Source of the DNA: Mobula hypostoma
Taxonomy: Eukaryota
Reading direction: 5' to 3'
NCBI RefSeq assembly: GCF_963921235.1
Contig: NC_086108.1
Location: 114,640,001-114,704,000, forward strand
DNA: 64,000 nt
Position 1 is the stretch's first letter. The number at the start of each line of letters is the position of its first letter. Under the pieces are notes generated by a model, which searched no databases, was not told where the DNA came from, and was given only the letters and a program-made list of their open reading frames with translations. This document shows, in pieces, positions 1 to 10,469 of the stretch. A program made the translations under genes and the position numbers.

Positions 1-2975
1 ATAGGTTTCTATCAGCTTTGCACATCTGCACACTGCAATATTTCCCCTTTCTTCTTTACGAAACTGCTCAAGCTCTGTCAGATTGCATAGGATTGTAAGC
101 AAACAGCCCTTTTCAAGTCCAGCCACAAATTCTCAATTGGATTGAGGTTTGGACTCTGACTTGGCCCCTCCAGGACATCAACTTTGTTGTGTTAAGCCAT
201 TGCTGTGTAGCTCTGGCTTTATGGTTGGGGTTATTGTCTTACTGGAAAACAAATCTTCTCCCAAGTTGCAGTTCCCTTGCAGATTGCATCAGGTTTTCCT
301 CCAGGATTTCCCCGTATTTTTCTGCATTCATTTTACCCTCTACCATCACAAGCCTTCCAGGGCCTATTGCAGTGAAGCATCCCCACAGCATGATGCAGCT
401 ACTACCATGCTTCACAGTAGGGATGGGTTTTTGATGATGTGTGGTGGTAGCGTTTAGTCCGATGGCCAAAAAGCTCAATTTTGGCTTCATCGGACCATAG
501 AACCTTCTTCCAGCTGACTACAGAGTCTCCCACATGCCTTCAACAAAGTCTAGATGAGATTTCATGAGTGGCTTTCTCTTGCCACTCACCTATAAAGCTG
601 TGATTGGTGAAGCCCCCAGGCAACAGTTATTATATGTGCAGTGTCTCCCATCTGAGCTTGTAACTCCTTCGGAATTGTCACAGGTCTCTTGGTGGCCTCC
701 CTCACTAGTCTCCCTCTTGTACGATCACTCAGCTTTTGAGGACGGCCTCTAGGCAGATTTACAGCTGTGCCATATTCTTTCCATTTCTTGATGATTGATT
801 TAACTGTACTCCAAGGAATATCTAGTAACTTGGAAATTTCCTTGTATCCATCTCCTGACTTGTGCTTTTCAATAACCTTTTCACGGAGTTGCTTGGAGTG
901 TTCTTTTGTCTTCATGGTGTAGTTTTTGCCAGGATACTGACTCACCAGCAGATGGACCTTTCCGATGCAGGTGTATTTTTACTACAATCAATTGAAACAC
1001 CTTGACTGAACACAAGTCTCCAAAAACAGATCTCCATTTAACTAATTATGTGACTTCTAAAACATAGAAACATAGAAAATAGGTGCAGGAGTAGGCCATT
1101 CAGTATGATCATGGCTGATCATCCAACCCAGAACCCTGTACCAGCCTTCCCTCCATACCCCCTGATCCCTTTAGCCACAAGGACCATATCTAACTCCCTC
1201 TTAAATATAGCCAATGAACGGGCCTCAACTGTTTCTTGTGGCAGCGAATTCCACAGATTCACCACTCTCTGTGTGAAGAAGTTTTTCCTCATCTTGGTCC
1301 TAAAAGGCTTCCCCTTTATCCTCAAACTGTGACCCCTTGTTCTGGACTTCCCCAACATCGAGAACAATCTTCCTGCATCTAGCCTGTCCAATCCCTTTGG
1401 AATTTTATACATTTCAATAAGATCCCCCCTCAATCTTCTAAATTCCAGAGAGTATACGCCTAGTCGATCCAGTCTTTCATCATATGAAAGTCCTGCCATC
1501 CCAGGAATCAATCTGGTGAACCTTCTTTGTACTCCCTCTATGGCAAGGATGTCTTTTCCTCAGATTAGGGGACCAAAACTGCACACAATACTCCAGGTGT
1601 GGTCTCACCAAGGCCTTGCACAACTGCAGTAGTACCTCCCTGCTCCTGTACTCAAATCCTCTTGCTATGAATGCCAGCATACCATTCGCCTTTTTCACCA
1701 CCTGCTGTACCTGCATGCCCACTTTCAATGACTGGTGTATAATGACACTCAGGTCTCGACGCACCTCCCCTTTTCCTAATCGGCCACCATTCAGATAATA
1801 ATCTGTTTTCCTGTTCTTGCCACCAAAGTGGATAACCTCACATTTATCCACATTAAATTGCATCTGCCATGAAATTGCCCACTCACCTAACCTATCCAAG
1901 TCACCCTGCATCCTCTTAGCATCCTCCCCACAGCTAACACTGCCACCCAGCTTCATGTCATCTGCAAACTTGGAGATGCTGCATTTAATTCCCTCATCTA
2001 AGTCATTAATATATATTGTAAACAACTGGGGTCCCAGCACTGAGCCTTGCGGTACCCCACTAGTCACTGCCTGCCATTCTGTAAAGGTCCCGTTTATTCC
2101 CACTCTTTGCTTCCTGTCCGCCAACAAATTCTCTATCCACATCAATACCTTACCCCCAATACCGTGTGCTTTAAGTTTGCACACTAATCTCCTGTGTGGG
2201 ACCTTGTCAAAAGCCTTTTGAAAATCCAAATATATCATATCCACTGGTTCTCCCCTATCCACTCTACTAGTTACATTCTTAAAAAATTCTATGAGATTCG
2301 TCAGACATGATTTTCCTTTCACAAATCCATGCTGACTTTGTCCGATGATTTCACCACTTTCCAAATGTGCTGTTATCACATCTTTGATAACTGACTCTAG
2401 CATTTTCCCCACCACCGACATTAGGCTAACCGGTCTATAATTCCCTGGTTTCTCTCTTCCTCCGTTTTTAAAAAGCAGGGTTACATTAGCCACCCTCCAA
2501 TCCTCAGGAACTAGTCCAGAATCTAAAGAGTTTTGAAAAATTATCACTAATGCATCCACTAATTTCTTGGGCTACTTCCTTAAGCACTCTGGGATGCAGA
2601 CCATCTGGCCCTGGGGATTTATCTGCCTTTAATCCCTTCAATTTACCTAATACCACTTCCCTGCTAACATGTATTTCCCTCAGTTCCTCCATCTCATTAG
2701 ACCCTCTGTTCCCTACTAAAAACAATTGGCTGCCCCAGTGATGAGTTAGTGTGTTATATTAAAGGGGGTGAATACTTATACAATCAATTATTTTGTGTTT
2801 TATATTCGTAATTAACTTAGGTCACTTCGTAGAGATTTGTTTTCAACTTGACATGAAAGAGTATTTTTCTGTTGATCAGTGTCAAAAAAACAAATTAAAT
2901 CCATTGTGATTCAATGTTGTAAAACAATAAAACATGAAAACTTCCAAGGGGGTAAATACTTTTTTATAGGCACTG
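1..2975 (-). mobile_element. Tc1/mariner DNA transposon relic, split by a CR1 insertion at about 1062-2717
   Basis: ORF 586..945 is a Tc1 HTH N-terminus (WSTVKSIIKKWKEYGT, GRPQKL). ORF 239..490 has TVKHGSSCIMLWGCF. Terminus CAGTGCCTATAAAAAAGTATTTACCCC starts at 2975 on the - strand, next to TA. Confidence 0.9.
1062..2717 (-). mobile_element. 5'-truncated CR1 LINE (young family A), frameshifted RT
   Basis: ORFs 1480..2559 and 1119..1511 (GVPQGSVLGPQLF, KFADD). The (TATGTTTC)n tail is at about 1062-1080. Confidence 0.93.
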
Positions 2976-2979
2976 TATA

Positions 2980-3284
2980 TATAGGATCCGTTAGTCTCAT
3001 GAGACCATGGATTTGCGCCTTGGAAGGTTTCCAGGGCGCAGGCCTGGACAAGGTTGTATGGAAGACAAGCAGTTGCCCATGTTGCAGGTCTCCCCTCTCC
3101 ACGCCACCGATGTTGTCCAAGGGAAGGGTCTAGGACCCATACAGCTTGGCACTGGTGTCGTCACAGAGCAATGTGTTGTTAAGTGCCTTGCTCAAGGACA
3201 CACATGCAGCCTCAGCCAAGGCTCGAACTAGCAACTTTCAAATCACTAGACGAATGCCTTAACCACTTGGCCACGTGCCAACAC
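2980..3284 (-). mobile_element. tRNA-derived SINE with RTE-like 3' end
   Basis: On the - strand: A-box TGGCCAAGTGG, B-box-like AGTTCGAGCC, then GTGTCCTTGAGCAAGGCACTTAAC and a 3' end ATGGTCTCATGAGACTAACGGATCC. Flanked by duplicated AGGCACTGTAT. Confidence 0.7.
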
Positions 3285-3297
3285 CGCATACAGGCAC

Positions 3298-6200
3298 TGT
3301 ATTTCAATAATATTTGAGTAATCTTGTACATACATTGGTTGATTAAGCATTCTTAGTTCGTTTAAACAATTGCATTAATTTATTAATGTAAAAATGCATT
3401 AATTGCATTTGTCATCTTGCTACCTCATGATACTTGTGTGCCTCGCTTAAAGAAAAGATGAAGTTACACCTGCATTTCAAATTATTTTAATGTTTTTTAA
3501 GTTACAAAACATAACATTGGTGACGAGGTATTTTTAAGATGAACATGACAAGGCTATCAATCTGTTAAAGTGCAGCAAGACGTTCAAAATAAAACAAAAT
3601 GCAGTGAGGAATGGTCTAGTTCCAGAAAACGCATATTCTTCAAGGGAAGACACAATCGAGTTTTAAAAAGTGGCTGTAAATGGAAAAATTTAGGGTTCAT
3701 AAAGTATGAATCCTGGGTGATAATAATCATTAAAAAAATCAGAAATAGCTGGCTACATTGGAGAGATTGATGAATTTGATTACACAACAAGTAATTGGCT
3801 TGTATATAGATTGATGAATTTGATTACACAACAAGTAATTGGCTTGCTATTGGAACAGTATTTTGAAGCAAATGAAATACTATAGCTAAGTGGGCCACAA
3901 ACTTGCCGTAGGGTTTGGAGGCTTGTGTACATCTGTGACCTGGTGAGCTATGTTGGCTGGAGTCAGGACTTTATGCTTAGGATCTTGATAGGGTTACCCA
4001 TGCCAAACAGGTCTTAAACACCAGTGGTGTAATGGTCAGTAAGTAAGTAGGAAATAGGTAATAAGAAGCGAGTCACACACAAGAGAAAATCTGCAGATGT
4101 TGGAAACCCGAGCAACACGCACAAAATGCAGGAGGAACTCAGCAGACCAGGCAGTATCTATGGAAAAAAGTACAGTGGACCTTTCAGGCTGAGATCCTTT
4201 GGTAACAAATGAGCTTTGCTGTTATTGTTAAAGTGATACAGGAGCACTTAGTATCAAAGCCATTGCTGATTGCAGAACGCTTAAGGTTTCATAAACAGAA
4301 TCAAAAGAAAGGGGCGTCCATTTCAGCATATGATACTGAATTGAAGAGATTATCTGAGCATTGTCAGTTTAGTATGGGCTTAATGATAAACTAAGAAATA
4401 TTTTAGTTTGTGGAATCTTACAAGAAAGCATTCAAAAATGGCTCCTAAATGAAGCACAACTTACACTTAAAAGGGCAGTTGAAATTGCTGTATCAATGGA
4501 AATAGCAGCCTGAGATGCAATCGATTTACTGTCAGGAATGAAAGTGAGCATGAATAAAATTGCAATGTCTAAACATAATCCTACCCAGCCAAACAAACAG
4601 TGTTACTGTTGTGGCAGGGGCTCACATACACCAAACTAATGCAGGTTAAAAGCTGAAACATGCAGAAAATGTAACAAAGTAGAACATATACAAAGAGCGT
4701 GTTGGGCAGACAAAAATAAATGGACTGCACAGGGAAGAGAAAAAGATAAAAGTACAAGTTGAATTTTCCAAAAAGATCACTAATCTGATCACTGTTGATG
4801 AAAACTCTGATAATGATGAGAGTGATACAGGATTGTGGTAGCCTTGAAATTACAGTGTGATAATTAAAAATGGACAAGCAATATGGCTTACGCTAAAAGT
4901 GAATGGCAAATTAATTAAAATGGAATTGGACACTGGATCGGCTGTTTCAGTCATTCCACAAAATGAGTTTGCATGGCATTTTAAAGGTACTGAACTGAAG
5001 CCCACAGATGTACAACTAAGAACTTATACTGGAGAAAAGATAACTCCCGTGGGAATGATATTTGTGACAGTGAAATACCAACAAGCCACATTGAGCTTGT
5101 TTATGGTAAAAACAGAAGCATTGTGGGGGCATGGTTGGCTGAGGCAACTACAACCTGATTGGAGATCTTGCCACTATTTGCATGCCATATCCCCTACGTT
5201 GAAGCCATATGAAAGCAAATTAAGAAAGAAAATGGATGATGCCACAGCAGTTTTCAAGGATGGCATTAGAAAACTCAAATGTATCAAAGGTAAAATAGTG
5301 TTAAATGAAAATGCTACACCCAGGTTTTGCAAAACCAGTCCAGTTCCTTATACCATCTGTGATAAAATAGCCAGTGAGCTAGGTCGCATGGAGGTTGAAA
5401 GAAATCTTTGTGAGGTTAAGTGGAATTCATGGGCAATTCCAGTAGTCCCAGTAGCCAAAAGGAAAGGAGTCAATGGACGGTTGAAAAAAGATTGTCAGAT
5501 GATGTTGTGAATGCAGAAACTGAGGAGAGATCATCGCAATAGAAAGATTAATAAGAAAATACTTCATAGAACGAAATGCACTTTCCCAATATCAAGATAC
5601 ACAAACTAAAAGAAGAAAACTGGAGAAGAAAGGTGTCCAGAGCTGTCTGAACCACTTCCTGTAGTCTCAGAGTCAACTCCTACAACCGCCACGAAGGAGG
5701 CCCCAGAACCTGAGATTAACAGCCACAGGCCTCACCCACCCACCACCCACCACCAATGTCCATGTCAGGAAAGATGCTATCCCACAAGAGTAAGAAAGCC
5801 TCCACAGCAATGAAATCGTTCAGCCAGAATGGGACAATTTAAAATTTACTGTGCTGTGGCTGTCTGTATATAGTAGCTGTATTATATAATATACTGTACA
5901 TATAGTTAAGTTGCATTCTCTGTTGAGTTGGAGTTTATAGCTAAGTAGGGAATATTGTGTATTTAATACTTCAGTAATATTTGAGTAATCTTGTACATAT
6001 ATTGGTTGATTAAGCATTCTTGCTTATTTAAACAACTAATTATGGGTTATATGTAAAAACATATTAATTGCTTACGTCATCATGCCACCACATAATACAT
6101 GCATGCCTCGCTTAAAGAAAAGATTAAGTTAGACCTACATTTTGGACTTGCTTGTCTCCTTTTGAATTAGTTTAATGTTTTGAAGTTACAAAACATAACA
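3298..6200 (+). mobile_element. Internally deleted Gypsy/Ty3 LTR retrotransposon with both LTRs (about 3298-3516 and 5953-6200)
   Basis: Direct repeats both end TTACAAAACATAACA. PBS-like TGGTGACGAGG at 3518 resembles the complement of tRNA-Ser. Gag KPLLIAERLRFHKQNQ, a Cys/His knuckle near 4600-4700 and protease MELDTGSAVS (ORF 4857..5510). Most of RT/RH/IN is missing. Confidence 0.88.
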
Positions 6201-6725
6201 GGATGAGATTAGTCAGTCTACCTCCAGTGGAGTATTGGTGAGCAGATTGGGAGGGGTGACAGTGGGAGGGTGGGAGGCAGCCTCCCTCCAATACAGTGTG
6301 CAGTGTGTGTTACTGGGTGGAATGCGAAGGGACAGAGTGGGAGAGAAGCCTAATTCCAGTGTGGGTGGAGGACGTGGGTGGGTGTGGTGAAGGGGAAGGG
6401 GGTATTTCGCTAACAGCTTCTTCCCCTCTGCTATCAGATTTCTGAATGGACAGTGAACCCATGAGTACTACCTCACCATTTTGACCCTTCATTTTACACC
6501 ACTTATTTAATTTAATTTTTATACATGCTTCTTATTGTAATTTATAGTTTTTATTATTTATTGCAATGTATTGCTGGCACAAAACAACATATTTCACAAC
6601 ATATGAGTGACTCTGAGTCTGGTGGGGTATGAAGTTGGGTTGGTGTGAAGGGGAGGTGGTGGTGATGGATATGAGGGGAAGTGGGTGTGAAGGATAAGGA
6701 GGTGATGGTGAGGGAAGCAACCTAC

Positions 6726-6809
6726 CTCCAGCAACCCGGCGTGCAGTTTGTTGAGGTCGATCTGTAAGTGAACAGCATTGCATCGACCGTCCTTGGTGTC
6801 GTCCTCTAC
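6726..6809 (-). CDS. LRRIQ3: Probable LRRIQ3 coding exon (VEDDTKDGRCNAVHLQIDLNKLHAGLLE). The gene continues beyond the left edge.
   Basis: Branch-like CTGAC, then ctcctggctgtacag| acceptor and GAG|GTAGGT donor. 84 nt, phase 0 to 0, open, CpG-rich island within low-complexity DNA. Confidence 0.55.
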
Positions 6810-6837
6810 CTGTACAGCCAGGAGAATCGTCAGCACC

Positions 6838-7210
6838 ATCTGTCCATCCACTGTCCACCCATTGTCCATTCACCACTTGCCCATCCATTGTCCATCTTTC
6901 TGTCCACCATCTGTCCCTCACTATCTGGCCATTCACTGCCTGTCCACCAACCATCTCTCTATTCACCACCTGTCCAACCACTGTCTGCCATCTGTCCACC
7001 CACTGTCTGTCTATTGACCACCTGTCCACTCACCATCTGTCCGTTCATTGCCTGTCCATCCACTGTCTGTTCACCTGTCCACCCAGTGTCCATTGTCTGT
7101 CCATTCACAACTTATCCACCCACTGTCCATCCACCACCTATCCACCTACTGTCTGTCCATCTGTCCACTACCTGTCCAGCCATTGTCCATCCATCCGTCC
7201 ATTCACCAAC
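6838..7210. repeat. Degenerate low-complexity tandem repeat (CTGTCCAC/CCAT-like units)
   Basis: Repeated ctgtccat/ctgtccac units, which produce spurious ORFs. Confidence 0.8.
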
Positions 7211-7215
7211 TGCAA

Positions 7216-7665
7216 CATGTTGGTAGCCTCCAACATGATGGTATGAACATTGATTTCTCCAACTTCTGGTAATTTTTCCCCCTTCCCCTTTCCTTATCTT
7301 CACTTCCCCACTTTGCCCTCTTAACTCTTCTCCTCACCCGCCTGTCACCTCCCCCGGAGACCATTCTTCTTCCCTTTCTCCCATGATCCACTCTCCTATC
7401 AGATTCCTTCCTCTCCAATGCCTCACCTTTCCCACCTCTCACCTCCCAGCTTCTTACTTCAACCCAGCTCCCCCATCCGCCTGGCTTCACCTATCACCTT
7501 CTAGATTATCCTCCTTTCCTTCCCCTCCCCACACCTTCTCATTTTGGCTTCTTCCCCCTTCCCTTCCAGTCCTGATGAAGGGTCTGAGCCCAAAAACTCA
7601 ACTGTTTATTCCATTCCATGGATGCTGCCTGACCTGATGAGTTCCTCCAGCATTTTGCATGTGAT
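7216..7665 (+). mobile_element. Penelope-like element 3' remnant (end of GIY-YIG ORF plus pseudo-LTR with hammerhead motif)
   Basis: GSLQHDGMNIDFSNFW* resembles the C-terminus of the Penelope ORF. It is followed by a pyrimidine-rich tract, CAGTCCTGATGAAGGGTCTGAGCCC and the GATGCTGCCTGACCTG..GAGTTCCTCCAGCATTTTG module. Confidence 0.72.
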
Positions 7666-7754
7666 AAAAATGCTGGCATGGATGGGTAGTGATGCCCCAT
7701 TTCCTGACTGCTTACTCCCACATCTCAGGCACTGGTAGGGATGGGTGATAAGCA

Positions 7755-8290
7755 CTGGGTAGGATGAGGCATTGGTCAGACCGCACTTGGAGTAGTGGCC
7801 CCTTATTTAAAAGATGTCCTGGCATTGGAGAGAGACCAGAGGAGGTTCGTGAGAATGATCCATGGAATAAAAAGGGGTTAACATGAGGAGCATTTGATGG
7901 CTCTGAGCCCGTACTTGCTGGAGTTTAGACGAATGAGGGAAATCCTATTGAATATTGAAAGGCCCCAACAGAGTGGATATAGAGGATGAATCATGCAGTG
8001 GGGGGAGTCTAGGACCAGAGGGTACAGCCTCAGAACAGTGGAACATCCATTTAGAGAAGAGATGAGGAATTTCTTTATCCAGAGGGTAGTGAATCTGTGG
8101 AATTCATTGCCACATACAGCTGTGGAGGCCAAGTCATTCGGTATATTTAAAGTGGAGGTTGATAAGCTCTTGATTGGTCAGAGTGTCAAAGATTACGGAT
8201 GGGGTTGAGAGAGGTTGAGAGGGATAATAAATCGGCCATGATGCAATAGCAGAACAGTATCAATGGACTGAATGGCCTCATTTGCTCCCT
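7755..8290 (+). mobile_element. CR1 LINE 3' fragment
   Basis: ORF 7993..8208 has RNFFIQRVVNLWNSLP, followed by a CR1 3' UTR. Confidence 0.85.
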
Positions 8291-8295
8291 TATCG

Positions 8296-8471
8296 CAGTG
8301 GTCCCCAACCACCGGGCTGCAAAGCATATGCTACCGGGTCGCAAGGAAACAATATGATTTGGCGATATGAAACGATACGAGTCAACTGCACCTTTCCTCA
8401 TTCCCTGTCATGCACTGTTGAACACCCACCCCCCCCACCCCTGTTGGCTGGTCCGCAGTTGGGGACCCCTG
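8296..8471. mobile_element. hAT-type MITE (176 bp)
   Basis: TIRs CAGTGGTCCCCAAC / GTTGGGGACCCCTG match at 13 of 14 positions. Perfect 8-bp TSD CCTTATCG at 8288-8295 and 8472-8479. Confidence 0.9.
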
Positions 8472-8535
8472 CCTTATCGTATGGTCCTAAGAAGAAGGGA
8501 AAGACATTATGTAGGAGCTTCATCATCCAACTCAC

Positions 8536-8638
8536 CCATATCCTGCCGTCCGCCAGCATGTGGATGCCTCTGTGACACAAGTTCAGCTTCTGGCAGTGCA
8601 GGGAATATTGCTTACTCAGGTTCGAGGCGTGCCTGGAC
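8536..8638 (-). CDS. LRRIQ3: Probable LRRIQ3 coding exon (R-SRHASNLSKQYSLHCQKLNLCHRGIHMLADGRIW)
   Basis: Unique sequence between repeats. Branch-like CTAAC, then tcttcttgatccag| acceptor and TGG|GTGAGT donor. 103 nt, open in the phase 2 to 0 frame required by the previous exon. No recognisable homology. Confidence 0.6.
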
Positions 8639-8724
8639 CTGGATCAAGAAGACAATTAACCAGTTAGACCTGGTCCAGATTTGAAGCAGGTGTCGCTAAT
8701 ATTGGGGATATTGTGGAAATTGCA

Positions 8725-9260
8725 CCATCTCGGATCGCAAGACCCTGCAGCGGATAGTGAGGTCAGCCGAGAAGATCATCGGGGTCTCTCTTCCCGCCAT
8801 TACAGACACTTACACCACACGCTGCATCCGTAAAGCAAACAGCATTATGAAGGACCCCACACACCCCTCATACAAACTCTTCTCCCTCCTGCCATCTGGC
8901 AAAAGGCACAGAAGCATTTGGGCTCGCACGACCAGACTATGTAACAGTTTCTTCCCCCAAGCCATCAGACTCCTCAATACCCAGAGCCTGGACTGACACC
9001 AACCTACTGCCCTCTACTGTGCCTATTGCCTTGTCTATTATTTATTGTAATACCTGCACTGTTTTGTGCACTTTATGCAGTCCTGAGTAGGTCTGTAGTC
9101 TAGTGTAGTTTTTGTGTTTTACGTAGTTCAGTGTAGTTTTTCTATTGTTCATGTAACACCATGGTCCTGAAAAATGTCTCATTTTTACTGTGTACTGTAC
9201 CAGCAGTTATGGTCTATGGTTGAAATGACATTAAAAAGTGACGACTTGACTTGACTTGAT
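8725..9260 (+). mobile_element. Rex1/Babar-like LINE 3' fragment
   Basis: ORF 8757..8996 has LLPSGKRHRSIWARTTRLCNSFFPQAIRLLN. The tail is (GACTT)n. Confidence 0.8.
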
Positions 9261-9552
9261 ATTCGAGTTCCCCTTCACACTAAGAAATGTTATGGAGAAT
9301 GAATGTCTAGTGGCAGAGGGGTTGAGAACCAGAGGACATGCAGAGACAGATGGGAGGAGCAGGAGCAGGAACAGGAACAGGAGGAGCCACTTGGCCCCTC
9401 AGTCCTATCCCACCAGTCAATGCAACCATGGCTGATCTGCCCCAGGCCTCATCTCCCCTTTTTATCCCCTGATCTGTCAAACATTTCTCTCCCTCCGCTT
9501 TAAATCCCATCTCGTGATCCAGCCTCCACACCCTCTGAGGTGGGGAACTCCA

Positions 9553-9998
9553 GAAGAAAAACTGGATGAACTAGGCTTGTACTCGTTGGAATTTAGAAGA
9601 TTGAGGTGGGATCTGATTGAAACGTATAAAATCCTAAAGGGATTGGACAGGCTAGATGCAGGAAGATTGTTCCCGATGTTGGGGAAGTCCAGAACGAGGG
9701 GTCACAGTTTGAGGATAAAGGCGAAGCCTTTTAGGACTGAGATTAGGAAAAACTTCTTCACACAGAGAGTGGTGAATCTGTGGAATTCTCTGCCACAAGA
9801 AACAGTTGAGGCCAGTTCATTGGCTATATTTAAGAGGGAGTTAGATATGGCCCTTGTGGCTAGGGGGATCAGAGGGTATGGAGGGAAGGCTGGTGCAGGG
9901 TTCTGAGTTGGATGATCAGCCATGATCACAATAAATGGCGGTGCAGGCTCGAAGGGCCGAATGGCCTACTCCTGCACCTATTTTCTATGTTTTCTATG
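9553..9998 (+). mobile_element. CR1 family A 3' fragment inside an older antisense CR1 3' end
   Basis: Near-identical to 35688-36128, with a TATGTTT tail. Confidence 0.9.
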
Positions 9999-10469
9999 AT
10001 CCCCACCCATTGTGAGAATTTCCTTTACGCCTCGGTTTAGCACCTAATCATGTAACTGTGTCCCCTTGTTTGAGACCTCCCCACTGGTGGAAACATCTCC
10101 ACAAACCCCCTGTGCAGACATCCTTGAATCTCATATGTTTCAAGAAGGATTCCGCGCACCCCCCCCCCGCAACTTATTCAGTTTAATCCCAAGGCCCAGC
10201 CCTCCATGGTGACCAAGTCCTGGTCTGATTCTTACTGAGGGCTCTTCCTCCACCTCCCCTTCCAACAGTGAGCTCCACACCCCACCTTCTCCATCTGTGG
10301 AAAAGTATTTGCTCATTCTTTCTACTAATGAACATAAATCCATACTCCAGCCAGTGATTTCTCAGCTGAGTACTACTGTTTGAGTACTGTTGGTGGGGTT
10401 GACCTGCCTGGGGAAGCAACAGTGCCTGTGGCACAGAGTCTGGCCCTGTGGCTCAGAAGGGTAGGGAAA

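Noticed and set aside
3764..3846. Tandem duplication of about 39 bp (AGATTGATGAATTTGATTACACAACAAGTAATTGGCTTG)
   Set aside because: A simple local duplication in a dead gag region, with no sign of function.
3890..4015. Fragment resembling an RTE/BovB-type structured 5' leader inside the Gypsy element
   Set aside because: Too short and decayed to assign a family or RNA structure with confidence.
6532..7490. Several overlapping ORFs of 60-165 aa
   Set aside because: Low-complexity repeat and a pyrimidine tract. Only the 84-nt candidate exon and the Penelope ORF end are supported.
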